Below are positions 30,026 to 44,790 of a stretch of DNA of 64,000 nucleotides, piece by piece. Source of the stretch: the human T2T-CHM13v2.0 reference genome, Homo sapiens. The stretch lies in NCBI RefSeq assembly GCF_009914755.1, contig NC_060932.1; one strand, 5' to 3'. The notes below the pieces were generated by a model. That model searched no databases, was not told where the DNA came from, and saw only the letters and a list, made by a program, of their open reading frames with translations. The translations under genes and the position numbers were made by a program. Numbering within the stretch: position 1 is the first letter of the stretch; every line of letters begins with the position of its first letter.

Positions 30026-30396
30026 GAATTTGAAGAATTATGTAAGCACACACCTGTAGATAAAGGCTTTCATTGAAATAAATCTTTAAAAATTTGATTA
30101 AAGGGGTATATTAATTTAGAGACAAAAACCTCTTAATGACCATATGATCATGAAGGTAAAAATATTGAAAAATTAGAAGATTAGATTAAAAATATACACA
30201 GTAATGTAAGTTCATTAAACTCCAGTCAATGATATTCAAAAGGGTATAAATCTTGGATGAAAGAATATTAATTATAAGAATTTAAGCCAAAAATGTACCA
30301 TAAGATGGAAATAAATCTTATGCACCAATACAGCATATGAAGGTTATATGAATACATCCAATATGGTATTTTACTTCCATACAAAAAAATTTAGAG

Positions 30397-31091
<695 letters not shown>

Positions 31092-31193
31092 TCAGCTCTT
31101 CATTGTATAACATAATATGCCAATTAGAATTACTCATAAGTTTGTCAGTTATGTTAAAAGCAAACGAATGTTGGGTTAAAACAAGATATTTTT

Positions 31194-31487
31194 GGCTGGG
31201 CATGGTGGCTCACACCTGCAATCCCAGAACTTTGGGAGACTGAGGCAAGAGGATCACTTGAGGCCAGGATTTTGAGACTAGCCTGGGCAACATAGTGAGA
31301 TCTTGTCTGTAAAAAAATTTTTTTTAATGAGCTAGGCATGGTGGCACATGACTGTTGTCCTAGCTACTCAGAAGGCTGAGGTGGGAAGGTCTCTTGAGTC
31401 CAGGAGTTTGAGGTTATAGTGAGCTATGATTGTGTTACTACACTTCAGCCTGGGTGACAGAGCAAGCCCCTGTCTCTGAAAATAAAA
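31194..31487 (+). mobile_element. AluJ
   Basis: Diverged dimer GGCTGGGCATGGTGGCTCAC...GAGCAAGCCCCTGTCTC with a J-type right arm. Confidence 0.9.
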
Positions 31488-32339
31488 TGATTTTTTTTAT
31501 AGGGGTGACAATAAAAAGTATATTCATGTGTTAAAATACTGAGTTATTTAAAGTGAAATCACCAAATGATATCTTTAGAGAAGTCCTTAAGTAAATAAAA
31601 AATTAAGAAAATAATCAAATCATTGGATTATAATGACACCTGTGAAAAGTATGAATTGCTGAACAAGATTGGTCCATTTGAGAGTCCCCTTAAAGGGACA
31701 GGAGAGAAAGCCTCCTTGTGGTTATTTAGATCAATTATTTTAATTACTATTTTTGTTAAAGCATCATGCTATTACTAGTATGGAATGAAGAATCCATAAA
31801 GCATTTTGATTAAGCACCCTAAAATTGTGTTTCTCCAGTTAATGTATGAACTGAATTAGAATTTATTGAAGATAAAAATGTCACTTTAGATATGTGATAA
31901 CTCCTGCAGTCTCAAATGGATAGTAATATCTCAAATGGATGATAAAAGATGAAGTCCATTTTAAATAATAACTCATGTAATTTAGAAGCAATTGACTGGG
32001 TAGAAAAGGGCTTTGTTTTTAATACTTATGATTTTCCTATAAATGGAATAGAGTAGTGGTGCAAATATAGTCCTAAATAGTAAATAACTCTCTTGCTCCT
32101 CAAACCTGTATTTTACTTAACAATAAGTTATGATTTGTAAAAGTAGCTTTCAATCAAATTATAATCTTCAGGACTACTGGTAAACCAAAACATCTGTCTC
32201 TGATACCTCTAGGTATCTTTTTCTTACCTGATTTTAATATTTCTAAAAATGTTAATTTTAACTATGGTGTAATTTTTAGACTTACGAAAGGATCCCCATG
32301 CTCTTGATCACACCTCAGTATAAATTCAGTACCAGTAAT

Positions 32340-32712
32340 CTTTTTAAAAAAGACTTTAATCTTTAGAAGTTTAGATTTATCGAAAAGTTAAGAAGATAGT
32401 CCCAAGAGTTCCCATATACCCATCACTCAGTTTCTTTTCTTATCAATATATTAATATGGCAATTTGTAACTATTAATGAATCAATATTGATACACTACTA
32501 TGATTAAAGTCCATTGTTTATTCAGATAGTCTTTACTTAATGTCCTTTTTCTGTTCTAACATCCCATGTAGGATCCCACACTCGACTTAGTCATTTTGAC
32601 CCCTTAGGCTCTCCTTGGCAGTGAGTTTCAGACTCCTGTTTATTGATGACCTTGACAGTACGATTGTGTCTCAGGCAGGTTTTGTGGGAGGCCCTTCATT
32701 TGGAATTTGCTG
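32340..32712 (-). mobile_element. L1MC3/4-like 3' end
   Basis: Reverse-complement similarity to the L1MC terminus seen at about 38990-39300 (GAGTTCCCATATACCC, ATTAATGAATCAATATTGATAC). Confidence 0.7.
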
Positions 32713-33569
32713 AGAAAACTTCTTTGCTCTCACTTCTCATTTACCTCAGTTACGTTTCACAGCAATTGCAAATCTTTGACGTATATACTTAGGCTCTGAG
32801 AAGGATCCCATCACCCTCAAGCTTGCACTGTATGTCATCCATGAGTGGCAGGAGATGTTTTTCCTTACCTAGAAGTGAACAGTGCTACGTGTAACTATCT
32901 CCTTCTGAGTGAGAAAGGCCAGCACTCACTCTACACTGGGTGCCAATCTGCACCAAATGCTGTTGCCTTTATTATAGGTTTAATAGCTCCACCCAACAGG
33001 CTCTGCTGGAAACCTGTTTAAGACCTTAAAAAGAGGCATGTAAAGTTATACAAATCGAAGTTACTTGAAGTCATAAAAAGTAGAAAAGTGAACAGTATTT
33101 CAACTTTTTTCATCGCATGGTAAGAAGTACTTCCAGCAGATGGCAAAATTTTCATTGGCCCTTCTTTATATTTACCAAAAGTTCATTCCTGACCAGTTAT
33201 CATTTTCTCCTTTTACAGGATATAATGTTTCCTAACAGTCACATTTCATATGAAATAGTATCCTTTAAAAGACTAAGAATCTGGCATGTAGTGGTTATTT
33301 AATAAATGTTTACTAAGTAATAGCTGATTGGATAAATAATACGTTTTTATCCTTGTGATGTTTGGCAAATTTTATTCATAGATTATTTGGTGCTACCTGT
33401 ATGAAAGATATTGTGCTGGGTCCTCTAGATGAAATATAAATGAAAAAAAATTGAAGCTCTATAGACCCCTCTTCTCTCTTTCTTGACCTGTCTTTTATCA
33501 CCTTTAGATAAGACCCTGACACTAAGATTGTGGGCTTGGTAATCATCATGGAAAGATATTTAACCTTCA

Positions 33570-33990
33570 TGTGACAACTCAGTTCATTTCATGATAAAAT
33601 GTCTTTATTTCACATATATTCTTTAAAAGTATTTTCACTGGGTCTAGAATTCTTTCATTCTGTTGAAAATTTGGTTCTACTTATTTGTGGCTTAGTTGTC
33701 ACTATTTTAATGCAATCATTTTATTGCCAGGTTATTTAAAAATTTGCATATTACTTGGTGTTTGGCAACTTCACCATTATGTGTGTAAGATTAGCTTACT
33801 TTCCCCTCTCTCTCTTTCATCCTGCTAGGGTTTGTTTAGTATAAGAATTTGTGGATTGCTATTTTCAATCTATTATGAAAAATTCTCATCACATACCTTT
33901 TAAAAACTATTGCCCTAACATTTCTCCTCCCTCCCTACTCCACCTTTGTTGTTGTTTCTTTGTGGAGCTGCAAGTAAAAGTATGTTAGAT
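33570..33990 (-). mobile_element. HAL1/L1ME-like ORF1 fragment, apparently resuming at about 39320-40380
   Basis: Antisense ORF1-type motifs (AAAATGTCTTTATTTC, ATTTTCACTGGGTCTAGAATTCT, AAAATTCTC), and later TTCCAATTCACGAATTCTCTCTTC. Confidence 0.45.
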
Positions 33991-34872
33991 GAGAAGTATT
34001 CTATGTTTATGGATTGAAAGATTCAATATTGTTAAAATGTCAATGATTTCCAAATTGACCTATAGATTCAATACAATCCCAATCAATATTCCAGAAATAT
34101 ATTGTTTTAAAATCGGCAAACTGATTCTGAAGTTTACATAGAAATGCAAAAAGACCAAGAATAGCTAACAAAATACTAAAAAAAAAGTACTCAATTTTAA
34201 TCTTCTCAAGCTGCAGCAATCAAGACAGGATTTTATTGCCAAAACAATTGGCTCTAGATTGATGGAACAAAATGTAAACCACAGAAATAGGCCTGCATAA
34301 ATACAGCCACTGATCTTTGACAAAGGAGCAAAGGTACTTAGATGGAGAAAGGACAGTTGTTTATGATAGTGTTGGGACAATTGTAAGTTCATATGTGATG
34401 ACAATGAGTCTAGATCTTAACATTTCACAAAAATTAACTCAAAATGGATGATAGATGAAAATGTAAAGTGAAAGACTATAAACTTCTAGGAAAGAAAAGT
34501 AGGAGAAAATTGAGTGACTCTTGATTCAATGATGAGTTTTTAGCTATAGCATGACAAACATGACCTATAAAGGTTACGTTGATAAGCTGGTCTTTATTAA
34601 AAGTAAAAAGTTCTGCTTGGTTAAAGACATGATTAAGAAAATCCAAAACTAAATCACGGATTAGGAGAAATATTTGCAAAACAAATATGCGCCAAAGGCC
34701 TTGTATCAAATGTATACAAAGACCTCATAAAACTCAAAAATAGTAAAATAAGCAACCAAATTAAAAATGGGCAAAAGATCTGAATAGGCACTTCACCAAA
34801 GAAGATGTACATATGGTAAACAAGCATATGAAAAGATGCTCAACATCAATTGTCATTAGGAAATAACAAATT
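33990..34872 (+). mobile_element. Old L1M (L1MC-like) ORF2 fragment, left part
   Basis: GATTCAATATTGTTAAAATGTC, TATAGATTCAATACAATCCCAATC, GATCTTTGACAAAGG and AAAAGATGCTCAACATCA are L1 ORF2 landmarks. Confidence 0.85.
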
Positions 34873-35038
34873 TTTAAAAAATGTGATACATAGCCATAAA
34901 AAGGAACTCATTCATGTCTTTTTCAGCAACATGGATGCAGCTGGAAGCCAGGATCCTAAGCGAATTCACACAGAAACAGAAAACCAAATACTGCATGTTG
35001 TCACTTATAAGTGGGCGCTAAACACTGGGTACAGACGG

Positions 35039-35755
<717 letters not shown>

Positions 35756-36039
35756 TAAATACCGGGGAATCCAAAAGGGGGTAGTAAGGGAGGGGGCAAG
35801 GACTGAAAAACTACCTATTGGGTATTATGTTCACTACTTATTTGTGATAGGATCATTAAAAGCCCAAACCTCAGCATCACACAATATAGCCATGTAACAA
35901 ACCTGCTGGTGCACCCCCAATTCTAAAATTAAAAAAACACCAGCCCTTTGAAGACTACCAAAGCCTCATTCTAGTATCAGGATAATAATTGACAAGCCAA
36001 TCAGAAAGTGCATCAGCATTGATAATGACCAAGTTGCAC

Positions 36040-36230
36040 TAGAGTAGCTACTTGTTATCAAGCACTCTACTAAGCACCTTAGGCATATTTAATTCTCACA
36101 CAAACCCTAGCTGGTAGAACTACAAACATTCATTTTACAGAGACAGAAACTGAGGCTCCAGAAATGTTGAGACAGTGCCACAGATTATACAGCTGAGATT
36201 GAATCCAGTGTGTGCTCTTAGCTATCACTT
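36040..36230 (-). mobile_element. MIR
   Basis: CATTTTACAGAGACAGAAACTGAGGCTCCAGA, the reverse-complement MIR core. Confidence 0.65.
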
Positions 36231-36349
36231 TGCCCCAGTGAGTCAAATTTAGGGCCATGGCTGATGGTGCCCGGCATTTTACCATCTATCACACCTTAGG
36301 CTGTGCCTAAGTCCTGGAGAGATTTTGGGCATATGGACAGAAGGAGAAG

Positions 36350-36625
36350 ATGCAAATCTGATTATTGTCACTCCACTGCTCAAAACTATTCACTGGTTTT
36401 TCTTTGACCTCAAGGGAGAGTTCCAAATTATTAATGTGGCCTTAAAACCCTGTGTGGTTGTGTCCTTTGTACCATGCTATTCATCCCACTTTTTACTCCC
36501 TTTCCTTCCCACTCCAGGGCCTTTGCACATCCTATTTCTCCTATCTATTTGACCCTTTTCCAGTGTGGGCCCCAATGCCTGGCACAGAGTACATGCTCAA
36601 TCAGTATTTCCTGGGAGAGTAAATA
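36350..36625 (+). mobile_element. L2 3' fragments
   Basis: GCAAATCTGATTATTGTCACTCCACTGCTCAAAAC, CAGGGCCTTTGCACAT, TGCCTGGCACAGAGTACATGCTCAAT. Confidence 0.7.
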
Positions 36626-36649
36626 CAATGGGCTAAACAGCTCCACGGG

Positions 36650-36838
36650 TTGGGACATTTGGATTCTGATTCATGCTGTCACTAGGTAACTTTGAATATG
36701 AGCATAACCTCACTATGCCTCAGTTTCCTGACCTGTAAAGAGGGCAGACATTTATTCCTCATTCAGAAAACTGTCTTGGAGGATAATTTTTTAAGAAGCA
36801 ACACACATGAAGAATTGAAAGTTACCAAGTGCTAAGCA
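36650..36838 (+). mobile_element. MIR
   Basis: AACCTCACTATGCCTCAGTTTCCTGACCTGTAAA, the MIR core. Confidence 0.65.
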
Positions 36839-36865
36839 AAAATAAAGGACAATTCTGATTTTTTT

Positions 36866-37978
36866 AAAGCTGATAATACCAGTTGCTGGTGAGGATGCAA
36901 AGCAACAGGAACCCTCATTCATTGCTGCTGAAAATCCAAAACAGTTCAGCCACTTTAGAAAACACTTTGGCAGTTGTTACAAAGCTCAGTGCAAAATCTT
37001 ATCCTATGACCCAGTAATTAAGCTTCTAGTTATTTACTCAACTGACCTAAAAACTTATGCCCACACAAAAAAACCTGCATGTAAATTTTTATAGCAGTTT
37101 TATTCATAATTGCCCCAAACTGAAAGTAACCAAGATGTCCTTAAATAGGTGAATTGATAAACTCACTTTAATGCATTTGAACAATGAAATATTGTTTGGT
37201 AATAAAAAGAAATAAGCCATCAAGCCAAATAAAGCACAAATAAATCTTAAATTCATGTTGCTAAATAAATGGAGCCAGTCCGAAAGGCTACATACAGTGT
37301 GATTTTAATTACATGAAATTCTGGAAAAGGCAAAACTGCAGCAATCATAAAAAGAGCAATGGTTGACAGGATTTTGGAGAAGATGGTGAAGGTTAAATAG
37401 GGATGATTTTAGGGTGAGAAAGCTACTCTATATGATACTATAATGTTGGATAAATGACACTATGCATTTGTCAAAACCTATTGAACGTTATGGCACAAAC
37501 AATAAATCTTATTGCTCACAAATTTTAAAAAAATAATTTAGAAAGTCAGAAACCCCAGTATGAAATACAGAATGTGACAAAATATATGAAACAACCCAGC
37601 AAAGGTTGATGGGGAAATGTGCTGACCAAAGTAACTGAAAATAAGCACAGTTTATAAGACTGAATGCAAAAGAAACTGTGTCTAAGCAGTGTACTCTAGT
37701 TGATAAAGTTGCTTCCTATGATGGTACAGGTTAACATTTCTAAAATTGCAATATATGTGCACTGGAATTGAAGAATTAAGTAAACAGATGGCAGATGGTA
37801 GGAACCAGGTTTCTCAGTGTTGGAGTGAGAATTAAAGATAAACAAAGGGACGGGGCTAGAAATATCCACGTGACAAAGGATTAAAGTTGGAGACATCATA
37901 TGAACTCATGTTTAGGTTAGTGTAGGTGTAGAGATTACACAAAGAAATATTTATGAATATGTGTATAATACACAGGTT

Positions 37979-38019
<41 letters not shown>

Positions 38020-39305
38020 TTCATTACTGTCTGTCAAGAAAGCCTGGAAGAAGTGGCACCCACTAGCAACAAGCACATCTAGTGCCCAGATCTTGGTTTC
38101 TTAAACCATTTTCCAACTAAAAAACCTGCTGGAGTAATGAATGATTCCAGGCCTGGGGCAGGAAATATACAAGATGAGCTTGAAGCCTCTTGTAGTGCCA
38201 GAAAGTAAGAAAGTACTCAAAAAACTTGAAAAAACCCTACATTAATGGGGAAACATCAAAAGGGTTTTCCTGTGAACCACCTGAAGGAGCCCCAAATGGT
38301 TAAATCTGGAACAAACTGAGCAATAAAATAAATTAAGTAATATTATAACCTAAAGCATAAAGCAAATATTTATGAGTCTGCTTTCATAAGAAGAAATAAT
38401 GCAATTAATTAACTAATGAGAAAAAAGAGCCAATCTCTCATGGAGAATTCCAAATAATTTACATAGACACTTCACCCTTAAGGAAGTAGAGCTTAACTCC
38501 CCACTGCCTGAATGTGGGCTGTATATAGTGATTTCCTTCCAAAGATACAGTATGGAGAAGGAAAAAGAAAAAATAGCTTTACAGTGGATAAACCTGAAAA
38601 ACATTTCCTTAAACCAGGTGATCAAGGACAACATCAACAATTATAGGTTATGTTGAATGTGTACACTTGATACAATGTGATGAGTGGCACTGTATTTCTG
38701 TGGTACTCCTCCCCCAAATCATAATGCTAGTCTAATAAAAAGTGTCAGACACATTTTAATAGAGGGACAGTCTACAAAATGCCTGACCTGTACTCTCCAA
38801 ATCTGTCGAGATCATCAATTTTTCAAGAATGCCAGCAAACAGTAAGCAGTCAAAAAAACAAGCACACAAAGAAACAAGGCACTATAACACAAAACAAGTA
38901 GAAAAACAAACAATAGAAATAGATTCACACAAACTTAGCTTTTAGAATTTAAAGATTAGTGTTAAAGTGTTATGAATAGAAAGGTCTAAAAACTTGTCAT
39001 GGCCAAGTGAAGCCTAAAAAGATAAAACTACTAAATGTAATATGTTATCTGTAATGAGATCCTGGCAATAAAAAAAAAAGACATTAGTTAAAAACTTAGC
39101 AAATCTGAGTAAGGTATAGAGTTTAATTAATGATAATACATCAATATTAATTGGTTCATTAATAAGAACAAATGTGCCATATTAATATAGGGTGTTAATA
39201 ACAGAGAAAACTGAGTGTGGAGTATATGGGAACTCTCCACTATCTTTTTTTGTTAAATTGGAAACTCTTCTAGAATAAATAAGTTTTACTATTTTTATTG
39301 AAAAA
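36866..39305 (+). mobile_element. L1MC3-like ORF2 C-terminus and long 3' UTR (right part of the element starting at 33990)
   Basis: Resumes with GCTGATAATACCAGTTGCTGGTGAGGATG and ends ...GTATATGGGAACTCTC...AATAAATAAG. Confidence 0.8.
37981..38014. repeat. (CA)17 microsatellite
   Basis: Read directly from the sequence. Confidence 0.95.
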
Positions 39306-40867
39306 TAAGTACATTAGGCTTTCTCAATCTATGTTCTTGATCTCTTTACCTGTTTTCCATGCCTCCCCCATTATATTCTGGTTGATTATTATAATCTACA
39401 TTCCAATTCACGAATTCTCTCTTCAACTCTATGTAAAATGCTATTAGCTTCTAATTTTGGCTTTAGCATTTTTTATTACTAGAAATTCCCTTTCCTTTTG
39501 CATCTTTTAAAAATGTGCCATTATTAATAATTTTTAGCTTATTGTGGATATAGTTATGCTTATATACAATTTATTAAAAATAGTAAATATACTTATTTAA
39601 TAACATTTTGAAAATTCTAATAGCTAATAAAATAGTGTGAATCTATTTCTGCTGTCTGTTTTTTAACTTTTTTTTATATAGTGCCTTCTTTGTATGCTTA
39701 TATATTTTTTTCTGACTGCTGACTATTTGTTGTTATTTTTAAAAAAGTTATTTGTGGGGAAGAGATTCCTTAAAGACTACAATTAAAGTGTCTTCATTTA
39801 GAGAAGATTATTGTTTTTCCTGGACTATTCTCAGAACACTTTTATACAGTTCATCTTTTGAGTTTGCCTGGATCATCCAGGTAATGTGAACCTAGGCAGT
39901 AAATTCACCCATGACTTCTCAAATTGTTATTTCTCTTTCTTTTGCACCATGCTCTGTTTAGTGCCAATCCATTAAGTTATGTAATTGGGTGGATTTACTT
40001 CTGGTTTATCTTTAATCTTAAGCATTTAGCACTTTGAAAATTCTTCTTAATGTAAAGAGGTTCTCCTATTAGATTCCTTATTTTGGGTGGCCACTGAGCC
40101 TTATCTTCCATCTGTCTCATCTGATGAGTTTGTCATACTGAAGCCTATGTTTTCAGGGATTGGCAAATACTTCAGAACAAAAGTGGCATTAGTGTTTTGG
40201 TCATCTGCTTCCCTTTCTATGTTTCTGATTTCTCTTATATTTTGGCCTGGCAGTACTTTACTCTTTTGTTAGTTGGTTCTTGTTTTTACAAAAATATTTT
40301 TAATATTTTATTTTGTACTTTAGTTTTGAGAGCAAGCAATGGCTTGAATAACCTGGTCCCAAATTAATGATAATCAAAGCCCCAAATTATTCTTTTAGTA
40401 AATATTTAATTGCTTATTTTGTTCCTGATACTGCTTTAGGAGCTGAATAGATGGCAATAAATAAGCTAAAAATAATCTGTTTTCAAGGAGCTCATATATG
40501 GTTAACAAAGATTAAAGATTTAAAAACTAAACAAAGTGATAAGAAAATGTTAGACATCAATGTTAAATGATATAAATCTTAGGAAATTAGAATTCAAGAT
40601 AATCTTATAAATGTCTATATCTGCATGTGGGTTTGGGGAGCTCTGTACTCTAGGGATAGTTTTGAAAAACTTAAATGAAATCTACTGAATATGAATGACA
40701 AGATTTCTAAACAATAATATGGATCAAGTTGAATCTAAGCATTATTAGTTAAAAGATAATTCAATCAGTATAACTGATAATTTTCTTATTACTACTTGGC
40801 TATTCAGGCACGAAAAGTAGAGAAAAACAGAAATGTTTACAATTTTACATGTTTGTATGGCTCATGC

Positions 40868-41940
40868 TATTGCGGAACCTGCCCCGATAGTCATGTAGGT
40901 TCTTTTCTATTTTCCATAAGCATTGGCTGGCTTGAGAAATAAAGGGACAGAGTACAAAAGAGAGAAATTTTAAAGCTGGGTGTCCAGGGGAGACATCACG
41001 TGTTGGTAGGTTCTGTGATGCCCCACAAGCTGCAAAAAGCAGCAAGTTTTTATTAGGGAGTTTCAAAAGGGGAGGGAGTGTGCGAATAGGTGTGGGTCAC
41101 AGACATCAAGTACTTCACAAGGTAATAGAATATCACAAGGCAAGTGGAGGCAGGGCGAGATCACAGGACCACAGGACCGGGGCGAAATTAAAATTGCTAA
41201 TGAAGTTTCTGGCACCATTGTCACTGATAACATCTTATCAGGAGACAGGGTTTTGAGAGCAACCGGTCTGACCAAAATTATTAGACGGGAATTTTCTCTT
41301 CCTAATAAGCCTGGGAGCACTATGGGCGACTGGGGTCTATTTCACCCCTGCCAGTCTACAGACCATAAAATATGGACACACCTGGGGGGGCCGTTTATAG
41401 GCCTATACCTCCAGGCGAGTATTCTCTTTCCCAGGGATGTTCCTTGCTGAGAAAAAGAATTCAGCGATATTTCTCCCATTTGCTTTTGAAAGAAGAGAAA
41501 TATGGCTCTGTTCTGCCCGGCTCACCGGTGGTCAGAGTTTAAGGTTATCTCTCTTATTCCCTGAACAATTGCTGTTATCCTGTTCTTTTTTCAAGGTGCC
41601 CAGATTTCATATTGTTCAAACACACATGCTGTACAATTTGTGCAGTTAATGCAGTTATTACAGGGTCCTGAGGCGACATACATCCTCCTCAGTTGACAGG
41701 ATTAAGAGATTAAAGTAAAGACAGGCACAGGAAATCACAAGGGTATTGATTGGGGAAGGGATAAGTGTCCATGAAATCTTTACAGTTTATGTTTAGAGAT
41801 TGCGGTAAAGACAGGCATAAGAAATTATAAAAGTATTAATTTGGGGAACTAATAAATGTCCATGAAATCTTCACAATCCACATTCTTCTGCCATGGCTTC
41901 AGCCAGTGCCTCCGTTTGGGGTCCCTGACTTCCTGCAACA
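40868..41940 (-). mobile_element. MER11 (B/C-like) solo LTR of HERV-K11/HML-8, 1073 bp
   Basis: The minus strand begins TGTTGCAGGAAGTCAGGGACCCCAAACGGAGG. AATAAA lies near 41049-41054. The 6-bp TSD TCATGC is at 40862-40867 and 41941-41946. Confidence 0.92.
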
Positions 41941-42159
41941 TCATGCGTCTCTCCTTCCAAAACATATTATTAGTGCAAATCCAGCTTCTAAGATACTGTT
42001 TTGTATGATGTCACACATGAATGTCATTTACATTGCATTATACCAAACAGTACTTTTTATTCATTAAATTATTTATTTATTTAACCAAGATTGTCCTGAA
42101 CGTTGACAATATGTGGGTATAAATGAAGACAAAATAATACTATTACCTTAATTATTTTT

Positions 42160-44790
42160 TTCAAATAAATAACTTTTGGCTTTGTTGGTTTTTATATTGT
42201 ATTTTAGTTATTTGATTTCATTGATTTTTCCTATATTATTTAGGGACAGGGTCTCGCTTTATTACCCAGGCTGGAGTGCAGTGGCATGGTCACAGCTCAC
42301 TGCAGCCTTGACCTCCTGGGCTCAACTGAGCCTCCCACCTCAGCTTCCTGAGTTGCTGAGAATACAGGTGTGCACCACCATACTTGGCTAATTTTTGTAT
42401 TTTTTTTTTCCTAGCGATGAGGTCTCACTGTGTTTCTCAGTCTGATCTAACACTCTGGCCTCTAGCAATCCTCCCACATTGGCCTCCCAAAATGCTGAGA
42501 TGACAGGCATGAGCCACTGCCCCTGACTCCTATTATTATTTTTTTATTTTTTTTTCCTTTCTACTTTCTTTTGCTTTTCTTTTATTAATGTGAAATATGA
42601 GTTGACTGGTTTTCAGTCTTTTTCTTTCTCAATGCATACATAAAAAGCTATAAATTTTAATCTAAGAATTGTAGCTGTATTCTGTAAGTGTTGATATGTG
42701 GTATCTTCATTTTCATTCAGTTAACAATATTTCCTAACTTTCTTGTGATTTCTTCTTTGACTAGTATGCTATTTAGAAATTAGCTGTGTGATTGCTAACA
42801 GTTGATGATTTTCTAGTCATCTTTACTCATGCATTTCTAGTTTAATTCCAATATTGGCAGAGTATATACTCTGAGTGAGAGCAATCCTTTGAAATTTTTA
42901 AAGGCTTTTTTATAACGTAGCATATGGTTAATTTTTGTAAATATTCCACATGTAGATGGAAAAAGTATGTTTTGTTGTCAGTGAAAGCAATATTCTATAT
43001 ATTTGAAGTAACTTAAACTTGGTAATTGTTTTCTTTCAATTTATATCTTTTTATAATCTTGTTCTGTCACCTATTGAGAATGTGTGCCAAAGTAACTATG
43101 ATCATAAATTTGTCTACTCTTTCAAAATTTATCAATTTTTTCATTATGTTATTGAGTGCATATTGATATTGAATTGTTATAATTTCCTAGTGGATTGATG
43201 CTTACATCATTATGAAATAATTCTTTTTGTGTCTACAAATGCTCTCTGCATTAAAATATTCTTTGATATTAGTATAAAAATATGTTTTGGTTAATATTAT
43301 CATGGTAGATATTTTTCATTCTTTTATTATACTTTTAAATATTTCATTTTTTTATATTAAAAATGCATCTCTTTTAAGTGGCAAGTATTTTTTATTTTAA
43401 ACATATTTTAGTTTTTAAATTTTTTATCTGAATCATAATTTTTTCTTTCAGTTCAGTTTTTTCTTAGACAAAATGTCTTCTATTTTAGTTGTCTAAAAAT
43501 ATCTTTGTTTCATTTGTTTTTGAAGAATGTTTTTGTTGGTTATAAAATTCTAAGCTGTGCTTTCTATATTTTGTAGCACATTAAACATTATATTCACAAT
43601 ATTTCATTGTATCTTGGCTTCCATATTTCTATTGAAAACTCTGCTCCCAGTCTTAACTGTTTACTCTTTGAAAGTAATATATCATTTTTCTCTTTCGACT
43701 TTTAAAATATCTCTTTCTGTCTGCATGTATGTCCGTCTGTCTCTGTCTCTGCTTTCCTCCCAACTCCACTCTCATCTCTTATCAGATTTATTATGATGTC
43801 AAGTAGGATTTGTTGTACTTGTCCTTCTGAGGTTTACAGAGGAACCTGGGGTTGACAACCTTCATCAGTTCAGAAAAATTCTCTGCCATTATGTCTCCTT
43901 CAATCTACTATTAAATCAATTTTTAGACATTGTCCATTTTAGTTTTTGAATCTCCATTTATTTCTCTTGTATTCTAATTTTCTGATGAACTTCTCCATCT
44001 TTTTACTTATTTTCTTTACATGTTCCCAAATTTTATTTGATATGTTAAATGTAATTACTTTAATATTCTTATCTGCTAACCTCAATATCTAAATCACCTG
44101 TACGTCTGTTTCTATTGCCTATTTTGGTTATTGTTGGTTTTTGTTATTTTGGTCTTGTCTTTTGGCACATAAAATTGCAGAGGATCAAGATAATAAGGAA
44201 AACCTCTTGCTGTTTTTAGATGATTATCTTAATCCAATCAGAAACAGAGTGAGTCCAGTCAGGATTAAAGTTTTGATAAGGCTCATTGTACTTCTACTTC
44301 ATCCTGTGATTCTAGGCTGTATACTTCTGTTCACTGTCTAAGTGGTACAAGCAAGGAGTCCCTCCCATTATGAGTCTTCCATTTTATTCCTCAGTTTGCT
44401 TAGCTATTTTGCCTTCTACCTGCACTTCTTAACAATTCTGCAAATGCCTTGAAGGCAAAATGGCTATTATTTGATGCCTCTAAAATGTCCAGTTTTATAC
44501 CTCTAGCCTCACAGGGCTGCCAAAAGCACAGATATTTCTCTTTCTCCAAGAGTTGGTCTTCCTGCTGGGATGCCACCCAAATGATCAGTCTCTCCTCTTG
44601 CACACAGAATCAACAAGTCTTTTCAGAGCAAAAGAAACTGCAGATAATCAGTTCAGCTCTCTATGGCTCTTGCTCTGTCTAATTATCCTTGCCTTAGTAG
44701 GACTCTGATGCCTTTAAACAAATTATTTTATAGTGTATTTAGTTTTTAGATGTTCTTAGTAGTAGACTTGTTCTATCACGAGCAACTTAA
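42160..44790 (-). mobile_element. Old L1ME-like element (ORF2 endonuclease region through ORF1 to the 5' region), degenerate
   Basis: AAAGCTATAAATTT, TTTCTAGTTTAATTCCA, CATTATGAAATAATTCTTTTTGTGTCT and TTCATCAGTTCAGAAAAATTCTCTGCCATTAT. Confidence 0.6.
42238..42528 (-). mobile_element. AluJ
   Basis: Diverged antisense dimer with CACTGCAGCCTTGACCTCCTGGGCTCAA. Flanks CCTATATTATT / CCTATTATTATT. Confidence 0.9.

Noticed and set aside
41715-41880. About 90-bp internal direct repeat in the LTR
   Set aside because: As I recall it, this repeat is part of the MER11 consensus, so it is not locus-specific.
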